From: Marsupella aquatica
Taxonomy: Eukaryota; Plantae; Marchantiophyta
Length of the DNA: 64,000 nucleotides
Direction: 5' to 3'
Assembly (NCBI GenBank): GCA_973895155.1
Contig: OZ316892.1
Span: 4,362,510-4,426,509, forward strand
The position numbers were made by a program, and so were the translations under genes. Shown in pieces: positions 54,482 to 64,000 of this stretch. The notes under the pieces are model-generated. The model was not told where the DNA came from. It made no database searches and was given only the letters and a program-made list of their open reading frames with translations. Position 1 is the first letter of the stretch, and every line of letters starts with the position of its first letter.

Positions 54482-56309
54482 ACCGGCCAATAATGATTTC
54501 AATAATGAGGACTGGTGATTCACTCGGGTTGGCATTTTACCTGTTCGATTTCAGTGTGGCAAGCATCCAGGCACTTTCGGAAAGATCGAGGGGAGTGATA
54601 AAAGCTGTGACACAGCTACGATCTATTGGATAACTCCATATATGCCCATATGAATATGACAGATGTGAAGACACTGGGAAACTTAATTTCAGAATCATGC
54701 GGCCTATGCAATCAGCTGGAATATTGAAGCTATCATGTACGCTCCGTGATATAGATTTAAACTTTATCAAACCTTCAGCACCCTGAATATCTAATCTAAC
54801 CTTTGATTAATACTTTGAAATTCTACCTAATTTATGAGGATTGGGAAAATTAATTAGTCACTAGCCTCAATGCCCTAAATAGAAATTATCATTTTTGAAT
54901 GATGATAAAAACAATCATGCATCGTTATCATTTTGACCTATATTATGCTTCTTGCCATCCACATAAAGTTTGGTGGGGCTCTACTTCTACAGGCTTCACT
55001 CTAGAAGCCTAAAACTCACCTCTAGCTCACCTGGGGTATTGGTTGTTTTCAATTTTGTTGAGGGTGCTCTTGTAAACAGAGAAATCCTTCCTCATCCAGA
55101 AAAGCCACTTCTCAGTAAAAAACAGAGAAATTCTTGAAAAAAACCTTCATCCTGTTTCATCCTTGGAAAACTTTTAAACTGTGTAATCTAAATGATGGCG
55201 CTTTTGAGTTTAGAGTTATGAGCTACATCTCTAAGGTGAAAGATGTGCTACGGTACCCAAGGTATTCAATTGCGACGAAGCTATAAAATTAAGTAGTTCT
55301 CGTCCAGGTATACGCTTTCACATCGATCAATCCAGTGTTACAAGCATGAAATCATTCCACAGTTTTGGGAAATTTTGCGGGGCAGTCAGACAGTACCAAT
55401 TTACAGCTTTCTCTATCCCTAATAATGAAGGCTGATGATAGAAAAGGAAAACCCCAAGAACACCCCCAAAACCACCACACCCCACCTGCAACATCCTAGA
55501 GCTTGGGAAAGGCATGGAAGGAGAGAGGGTGATAAGTCACCCCTTTTTTCTTTTATGCAAACTAGTAATATTCTCTATGGGCCTTTGTCAGAAAGGCTTT
55601 ATGGGATGGCCCCCAACAAAAGTTTTGTTGCAAACCCCAACTTCATGAGACGGCCCCTACAAAAGTTGTTACAAACTGGACCCCATCCCATGAAACACTT
55701 TTGTGTCGCATGTTGTTCTAACCATTCTTATAAGGTGTTTTATTTAATATTATCACCAACAACAGCTATTGTGGAAAGTAAAGTCAACCGTGCTTGAATC
55801 ACAAACTACACTATTATCTCCTCGGCCCCTAGTTGTCCAGTTTGCTGCCCTAATTTAATCCTGATGCGGGTCCCTGTCCGATCAGTGGGGGGCCTCACCC
55901 TGAAATGGGTTAATCACAATGAATGTATGTCACTATTATGGCGTTTCAAAGTCTAATGTTAGCAAGACAAGGCCCTTCCATAACTTCAGTATTATGGGAA
56001 CTGCCATAAAATTATGGCAGCCGATCTTCAGCTACCGTAAGGAAAGCCCGCAGGCTCAACACTTAGCCCATAAATTTCCTGCAACTTTAGGCGCAAATTC
56101 TAAAATCCAGAAATCCGGAAAGTTGCAGCTGAAGGCACGTCAGGTTGCACCAGACATCCTGATGACTGCTGCATTTGAGGCGACAGATGATCAAGAATGT
56201 AGAAAAAAACATATATGCTATGAAGACAGGTGAGACCAAAACTTCTCCTGCCTTATGGGGGGGGGGGGGGGGGGAGTTCAATGTTACTCCCCCCTCCCGT
56301 TTGTTGAAG

Positions 56310-56615
56310 GCATGCTTGGGATTGAATGGAGTTAGGATATATCACAAATTCATAACTTTCACTAACTTTGACCAGCTGACCCAGCTTGAGAGGCCTTGGG
56401 ACTGAATGGAGTTATGGGATATAATTATCATAAATAGATAACTTTCACGAACTTACTTTCATGAACTTTGACCCAGCTGACCCAGCTTTGGGAGGCCCTG
56501 GGACTGAATGGGAGTTATGGGGATATTCCACAAATCCATAACTTTCACTAACTTGGACCCAACTTTGAGAGGCACTATTGGGGACCACACTAAAATGACC
56601 CAGCTTTGAGAGGCC
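56310..56615. repeat. Degenerate tandem repeat, 3-4 units of ~85-120 bp
   Basis: Recurrent gggactgaatggagttatgggatat...cataactttcactaactttgacc(c)agct...gagaggcc. Confidence 0.75.
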
Positions 56616-57158
56616 CTTCTTTATTGGGGTGTGGAGAGACTACTATAAAATGAGTAAACGAAGAACGAAGATGTTTGTGTCCGACATCGTCCTCGACTGC
56701 ATTCAGTACCAGGCATGCCTTTTCACCTTGATCGAACCCCCCACAACAGCAGTGGGAGAGCTCCGTCGCAAAAATCATGAAACCTCGAAGCTCTAAAACA
56801 TTCTCAAGATCTGGGCGACGACCACGCGACTGGTCAGCTCTGTGAAGAAAGAAGGCTTGAGATCGTCTGCGTCTGTGGGGACGCAAAAATTGCGAGAGTC
56901 TAAGCCAATTGTCGGCACTACTGTAGAAAGAAGGCGTCATGAGAGTTGACATCGAACTGCGTGAATCGAGATGTGCTCTTCTCACAGAGACTCACAGAGA
57001 GAGACAGAGAGAACGAGAAAGCGAAAGAGAAAGAGAAACAGAGCACATCTGTACATGGAGTTTTAGGTCTCACAGGCTTTAGTTCAATTTCTACTTAGTG
57101 TCTTTGCACTGACTTTGCACGATTGGGCTTTGGCCGTGATGTACCCTTCCTCGCTTGA

Positions 57159-57271
57159 ACCTGTTTGGGAATCAGTGCACATTCGAAGTATTTCGTTCAT
57201 GAATTCGAAGCCGCTTGCACCTGTTTGGGAATCAGCGCACATTCAAAGTATTTCGTTCATGAATTCGAAGC
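57159..57271 (+). repeat. 60-bp-period duplication upstream of the AP-3 delta ATG
   Basis: acctgtttgggaatcag(t/c)gcacattc(g/a)aagtatttcgttcatgaattcgaagc occurs twice. Confidence 0.9.
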
Positions 57272-57366
57272 TATGGGGGGATTGTTGAAGACCGAGACTG
57301 CCGAGCTGACGGGAAAGAAGTGGGTGGATGTCCGGAGAGGCTGTTGGAAGAGGAGGCCGCGGCAAT

Positions 57367-59940
57367 ATGGCTGCTACTATCATCGAATCGTTTTTTCAGC
57401 GGAGCTTGGAAGATGTGGTCAAGGGGTTACGGGTGCAGATGATAGGCGAGGCCGCGTTTCTCTCCAAAGTGCTGGATGAGATCAGGAGAGAAATTAAGTC
57501 GACGGATGTGAACACCAAAGCTGTGGCCCTGCAGAAACTCACCTACCTGAACATGCTGCAGGGGACGGACATGGACTGGACCGCGTTCCACGTCGTAGAG
57601 GCTATGAGCATGCCGAAGTTCTCCGTCAAGAAACTCGGCTATTTGGCCGCATCTCAGAGCTTCAATGAATCGACGGACGTTCTCCTCTTGATCACCAATC
57701 TCCTGCGCAAAGATTTCGGCGGAAAGAGCGATCATGAAGCCAGTCTGGCCATCGAGTGCCTCAGCCGCATCGCAACGGCCGACCTTGCGCGGGACCTATT
57801 GCCCGAGCTGTTCAACATCCTTGGCGGAAGTCGAGCATTTGTCAAGAAAAAAGCGACAGTCGCTCTATCGCGCGTCTTCACTCAATACCCGGACGCCATC
57901 AGAGTGGCGCTCAAATGTTTAATCGAGAAACTCAGCGATACCGATCCCTCGGTCGTCACAGCAGCCATTAGCCTGCTCTGTGATTTGGCAATGAAAATCC
58001 AAAGCCATTCCTTCCACTGGCTCCCGAATTGTATAACCTTCTCGTTCGCAATCCAAGCACTTGGCTATGCATCAAGCTTGTCAAAATGTTAGGGGCGCTG
58101 GTCTCTCTCGAGCCCAGGCTCGGGAAGAAGATTGAGGAACCGATTTGCAACATCATGAGGGATTCACGGGCCACGTCTTTGCTACTGGAGTGCATTCAAT
58201 CAGTGAGCTCTGGCTTGACACAACCGAAAGGGGCCGTGCTGTTGTGCGTGGAGAAACTGACCGAGCTTCTGAAAGAGGATGACACAAATGTGAAGTACCT
58301 GTGCCTCCGGGCTCTCGCGAATCTGATGCCTGTCCACCCCTGGGCTTTAGAAAGGAACAATGAGGCCATTTCCAAGTGCCTCAATCATAAGGACCCCAGC
58401 ATCCAGAAGGGTGCTCGCCGCCTTATTATTGGGATGGTTGATGAGGAAAATGTGATACCCACTGTCCGTGTCTTGCTGCAGTGTGCATTCAAGTCTGATG
58501 CAGACTCATGCAACGAGATCTTGTCCAACATTCTGTCGACCTGTAGCGCTGACGATTACCTCTTGATTTCAGACTTTTCATGGTATGTGTCCACCCTTAC
58601 GGAGATGGCTCGCATTCCTAATTGTGACCGTGGCAATGGAGATGAGATAGGGCGGCAGCTCGTTGATATTGGGCTCAGGGTTAAGGAGGCGAATGCTGAT
58701 GTTTTGAGAGCAGGGCGAGATTTGCTCTTGGATGGTCCCCTGTTGGGTCGAGATCGTGCTTCTGGATCTGTTCAAGGGGTGCTCAAAGCTGCGGCATGGA
58801 TTGCAGGAGAGTATAATGTTGCCTGCTGTGTTGATCCCTCTGAATTAGTCCAAGCTCTTCTTCAGCCACGAGCCGTGTCTTTACCTGCGTCTGTGCGTGC
58901 CCTTTATGTACAGGCAGTCTTGAAAGTTTTTGTTCATTCCTGGCCAAGACGTTTTGATGATGGTGGCAAAGTGTTGTCAATTAACACCACAGGCATGGCA
59001 GACTCCACTCATACGCTTACTGAGAAATTATCTGGTGATGGTAGATTTCTTAGAGGGGGCAGAGCTTACTGCTGTCAGACAATCTTCGCCTGTAGTAGAA
59101 TTGGAGGGATCAGAAGGAGATTTTGAAACACTGCAGAGCCCTGGAGATCCATCGACAAGCATTTAGAGCAGAGGACTCAAACAAAGGAACGGCAAAGGGT
59201 AAAACCATCACTACTTGATTTTCAGAATAGCAGTAGTGCTGTGAATTTCTTGAAAGAAGAAAGAGGAATAGGTGCAGGTGCAGAGAAAGATATAACAAAT
59301 GTGAAGATGGAGCAACAAACAGGTTTCCTTGGGTTTTTGGAACCCACGTTCCAATTAATTGCAGAGAGCATAACAGCATTGGGGAAAAGTTTGGACGTCG
59401 AAATTCAGGAAAGGGCTTGCAATCTGCTCAGCCTGCTTCAAGTCATCAAGGACGACATTTCTACTAGCTTTGCGTACCCCTCTGACAAAAGATAAAATTC
59501 TTCAAAAGATCGAGTACTGGATGGTCTGTTGGTCCGTGGACTTTAGTCCAGTGTGTTTGCATGCGCAGGGCAAAGTAACTGCTCCCGAGGGGCTAATTCT
59601 GGAAAACCTGGATTCTTTAGGACCACCGAACCCAAGAGATAGAGACGACGCAGTAGATGATAGTGTTGTGATCGAAGGAGAAGCAGCTTTCCACGAATTT
59701 AGGGAAGGACGAAACGTTTTCTCTTTTCAGGGTGAGAGCAGCCCGTCGTCAGGACTTGGAGAGAGTTCAGCGTTGTTGGCACAACATCAGCAACGTCATC
59801 AGAATTTCTATCTTCCTAGTGAAGGAAAGTCAGTAGCGAATAAGTCTTTTGAATACCCCCCTCCTGTAGTGACATATCGAGATTCCGAGCAATCACCATA
59901 CCCGGGTCCCAACAAGTTTTTGTCAAATATTCACAGAGGC
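57367..59940 (+). pseudogene. AP3D: AP-3 complex subunit delta (adaptin), intronless, frameshifted and apparently 3'-truncated
   Basis: MAATIIESFFQRSLEDVVKGLR, KAVALQKLTYL.ML.G.DM.W.AFHVVEAMS, KKLGYLAASQSF, LLLITNLLRKD, PFLPLAPELY, WLCIKLVK..GAL..LEPRLGKK, NVKYLCL, DFSWYVSTL, AAAWIAGEY, DVEIQERA, AQGKVTAPEGL, LLAQHQQRHQNFYLPSE. Lesions: frameshift ~57995, stop at 59124, frameshift ~59470-59495. Confidence 0.9.
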
Positions 59941-60384
59941 CTACATCCGTGGACATTTGGAGCGATGTCGAGGAGTCTCCCAGATTCACGGCTTGAAAGA
60001 ACCTAGGCTCTTCCACCGTATTATTGACATCATCTTCTGATCATCTTATTTGGGTAATGCGTCTCAGCAGTCCTGTTCTCGCTTCCCATTCCTCCAGCCG
60101 GTCAGCGTGACTGGATTGAACCATAACTAGGATTATTGCTCTCTCAGTCTTGGTCCCCACCAATCACGTTATACAACCGTCCTTCCCCGGTTTGGACTTG
60201 CCCGGCCAATGGAGCCTCTAGAGCCCATCAAACGGCAAGTCGTCACCTGGACCGTCTAGGACACCCAATGCCGATTGCCCGGCTCTTCCCGGCCCGGCCA
60301 TAACCTCCAGTCGCCGGCCCTTCCCTGATGCTCCCCAGGAAAACCCCGGGCCCGACCTCCCCGGCCTATCCCCCCCGGCAAAAT

Positions 60385-61085
60385 TTACTTTACCACCAGA
60401 GATGCTCTATTTGGGTAAATTGATTTTTTTTTAATTTGTATTTGCTTTGCCACCAAAGATGCTCTGTTTGCCATCACATTTATATTTGTATTTACAAATA
60501 TATTGCTTTTTGTATTACAAAGGAGCCATTTGTTGTTTTTGTATGTTCAGCAAGATTGGTTGTCTCTCCACAATTGCAGAATTTACCACTGGTGACAATC
60601 ATGGAGGAGGGTAATTGGTGATTTTTTTTAAATTTTTTTTTTACTTTGTCACCAAAGATGCTCTATTTGGGTTTTAGTTCACCAAGATTGGCTGTCTCTC
60701 CAGAATTGCAGAACTACTGGTGACAGTCATGGTGGAGTAATTGCTTTTTTTATTTTATCTACTTTGTCATCAAAGATGCTCTATTTGGGATTTCTTTTTT
60801 GATTTTTATTTACGTTGCCACCAAATATGCTCTGTTTGACCACATTTATATTTGTATAAATAAGTCACGGTTTTGTATATAGACTACAGGTTCTATAATA
60901 TAACCATAGAAACCATATCAGAAAAGTGTGGCATACTCCCTCTGGGGTTGACAGGATAGTGGTGTACACTCACTCTTAGACACTGGATGTTTGTTCAAAA
61001 ACATCCAAAATTGCAAAGCTACTGGTGACAATCATGGAGCATGGTGATTTTGTTTTTCATTTTTTAAGCATTTGTCACTAAATAT
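60385..61085. repeat. Degenerate AT-rich repeat cluster, probably transposon subterminal repeats
   Basis: Repeated ca(c/t)caaagatgctct(a/g)tttg (~5 copies), ctggtgaca(a/g)tcatgg (3 copies) and caagattgg(t/c)tgtctctcca.aattgcagaa (2 copies). Confidence 0.7.
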
Positions 61086-64000
61086 GTTGTAATTGATATT
61101 TCTCTAGTCTTGTGATTCATGAGCTAACTACAGTTAGGCTAACTTGGGTTAGGACTTAGCTAATGTTAGCGGTAGTGCTATTGTGTATATAGCCAGGGCT
61201 GATGCCAGACCCTGGTGAAACTTAGACTCATTGTTACGGAGCTAGTTGAGAGATAGGGAGAGCTTGTGCTATGGATGCTTGGTATGGTCGGTCGGCCTAG
61301 AGTGCAGTAAAGCTCTTGTGTGTTCCCGTGGACGTAGCCTCATGTGGAGGTGAACCACGTATCTCTCTGTATCGACCGCCCGGACCTTCTTGCAGTCGTG
61401 GAGTCGCGGCTATAGTCGCCTTTTTTTGGGGCCCTTGCCTGTACCCGGTTGCTTACGCAGCCATCTCGTGTATTGCCCCAGCCCAGCCCTACGCCTTCCC
61501 GCACTCGCCCATGTACCCCCATCTTTTTCCGGCCCCCATGTCCTGTAGGCCCGCTGGTCCGCCTCGCGTATGCGCGTTTTTATGCGTATATTTAGTTAAG
61601 GGGCTTTAAGCACCCCCTTTAAAGCGCTTTTAATAGCATGTTTTTACTCCCTCTTGTTTATCTTGGTGCCGGGACCTGCCACCCTCTGTTTTAACCCCTC
61701 CGACAAGGGGAACGGCCCCCTGTGAGACCTGCTGTACTATGTGGGAATATTCCTGAAAAACAGAGAGCTGTTTTTTTGGCCGTCCGACAAAGATTCCGTC
61801 CACCGAACAGTAATTTTTTTGGTTCTTTTTTGGCGAGGACGTTGCCATTGGAGTTAGCAAGGCGGCGCACCAATCACATTGCAATTCTGACGACGGGTTG
61901 TACTGGGTATTTTGGTTATTCTCCGAGGTGGTCAAAACGGGGAAGTTTCCCAAGGTTTTACCCACCCCGATCGCAATTTGAATAACTTTTCCGTCGAATT
62001 TTGATTTTGATTTTGGCTTTCAGTATTGGACTCCTAGCTTCGTGGGCTACGCGGTGGTGTTGAGTTTTGAGTTTTGTGAGAAGTTTCAAAAAAAGACGTT
62101 TTTTCGTGATTGTTTCATATGAGTGACTCGGAGGATACTGGAAGAATTGGCGTCGGTGGAGCTTCAGGATTGCGACGGTCAGACGGTGAGTCTGAGGAGG
62201 AGCTGCTACCATTTGAGGAGGAACTTGAGGCACCGGTACGATCACCGGTGCGGCGTGCAGTGGAGGAAGCTGTGTTACTACCAGAGCTGTTGGTAGTGGG
62301 GAAAAAAAGGGAGATGGCTAGATTTGGAGGAGTTAAGTTTGAGGTAGAGAAGTACGATGGTCGTACTGATTACTTGTTGTGGGAGAAGCAAGTGAAGGGT
62401 GTTCTACGGGCCATGGGATTAGCTCATCTGCTCTCTTCGCGAGAGCAGTATGATGGAGAGGAGGAGATTTTTGTGAGACAGTGGAGACAGGAGCAGGTGA
62501 TTGTTGTCAACGCAATGATGCTATATCTCAAGCCGCGCATCATCAAGCAGCTGGATGATTATGCGGATTGCGCGTCACTGTTCAAGGCTCTTAGAGAGAA
62601 GTACTACCGGGAAGATGCGTCAGACCGGCTGTACAAGAAGTCTCTCTTGATGAGCCTCAGGCTCAAGGAAGGGAGCAAGATGCAGGATCATCTGGATGAG
62701 TTTGACAATCTAGCGGTGGACTTGTCAAACCTGGGTAAGGGAGTTGAAGATGAGAATAAGGCCTTGCTTCTGCTAAGCTCCTTACCGTCGTCATATCAGG
62801 GCTTGAAATAGGTGCTCTTGTATAGATATCTGAAGTCAATTTCGTATAATGAGGTGGTGAGCTCTTTATTGTCTGATGATGCTCAGAAGAAGCTGGGTCA
62901 ATCACAGACAGCATCTTCTTCTGGCACTGCGTTCAATGTGAAGAGGGGAAGAGCAGCGCAGCGCACGAATGGGCAGAACAAGTTTAGATCTACATCACGG
63001 GGAGATCTAAATCCAGAGGGAAATCGCAAGAGAGGAAGCCTCTTGCATGTTGGAATTGTGGCAAGCCTGGCCACATGAAAAGGGATTGTCGAGTAAAGGT
63101 CCCTACTGCATCTGCTAACGCGGCATCGAGCTCGCATGAGGTAGATTTACTCGATGATGATGACATATTGTGATGCCAAGGTTATGCTCTCAACGTAGTG
63201 TCAAATCCAGGTAGTGATGACTGGATTCTAGATAGTGCATATACTTTTCACATTTGCTCTAGGAGAGATGTTTTCAGTTCTTACACAGTTTCCAATGGGT
63301 CAGTGTTGATGGGAAATGGAATCCCATGTCAAGTTGTTGGATTTGGATCTGTAACATTTCAGATGTTTGATGGTGTTGTAAGAACGTTGAAGAATGTGAG
63401 ACACATTCCCAGCATGATGAAAAATCTCATTTCACTTGGAGTTTTAGAAGCAAATGGCCATCAGTGGAGTTCTGCTAATGGTGTCCTTCAGGTTTCAACT
63501 GGTACTAAAGTTGTATTGAAGGGAAAGAGACATTGCAATCTATACGTTTTGGAGGGCAGTGTAGTATGTGATGAAGCCAATGTAACCTTATCTCATGAGG
63601 AGACGCCCCGGCTGTGGCACTTCCGTTTGGGCCACATGAGTGAAAAAAGTTTGGTTATTCTTCAAAAGAAAGGATTACTTTCTAATTTGCAATCTTGTAA
63701 GTTTGAATTTTGTGAGCATTGTGTGCTAGGGAAGCAGCACAGGAAACCCTTCGGAGTTGGAACTCACACCAGCAAGGAGGTACTTGAGTATGTACATAGT
63801 GATGTGTGGGGTCCAGCCCCTACTCCCTCACATTCTGGACGGTTATACTATGTCATGTTCATAGACGATTACTCAAGGTATGTGTGGATATACTTTCTAC
63901 ACAATAAGTCTGATGTTTTTGCCACTTTTAAGGAGTGGAAAACCCAAGTAGAGAATCAGACTGGTAATAAGGTGAGATATCTTCGATCGGATAACGGCGG
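61085..64000 (+). mobile_element. Ty1/copia LTR retrotransposon (Tnt1/Tork-like), 5' part; runs off the window end
   Basis: The gag-pol region is clear (see next feature). The upstream ~1 kb is LTR/leader-like. The left boundary is uncertain, with TG starts at 61085, 61111 or 61232, and no canonical Met PBS was seen. Confidence 0.75.
62119..64000 (+). pseudogene. Copia gag-pol, disrupted
   Basis: Gag (KFEVEKYDGRTDYLLWEKQVKGVL, ALLLLSSLPSSY), zinc knuckle CWNCGKPGHMKRDC, protease WILDSAYTFHIC, LWHFRLGHMSEK...FCEHCVLGKQ, integrase LEYVHSDVWGP...FIDDYSRYVWIYFL...LRSDNGG. Stop at 62809, frameshift at ~63040, stop at ~63170. Confidence 0.92.

Overview
Eukaryotic nuclear DNA from a land plant. The long SSR-rich 5' leaders and intron style suggest a bryophyte such as a liverwort, but that is inference. 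The left ~26 kb is ordinary gene space with two intact multi-exon + strand genes: a C2-GRAM-VASt lipid-transfer protein (BAGP1-like, 18 coding exons) and a plant ADA3-like SAGA subunit (15 coding exons). From ~27 kb on, the window is a nest of mobile elements and decayed genes. It holds a 5'-truncated Bianca-type Ty1/copia element and a 3.9-kb TG...CA unit with a perfect 5-bp TSD and no internal LTR pair, which carries a decayed ~840-codon ORF with a TATA box (candidate gene-carrying solo LTR). It also holds a 3.2-kb TIR element with a 4-bp TSD, many copies of a 14-bp palindrome, a 71/72-bp tandem array and an F-box-like ORF. The rest comprises an aminoacylase-1 pseudogene, an array of short hairpin repeats, a decayed orphan ORF, a frameshifted AP-3 delta copy and the start of a Tnt1/Tork-like copia element running off the right end. 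No rRNA, tRNA or CRISPR features were found. Coordinates were read by hand and may be off by a few bases.
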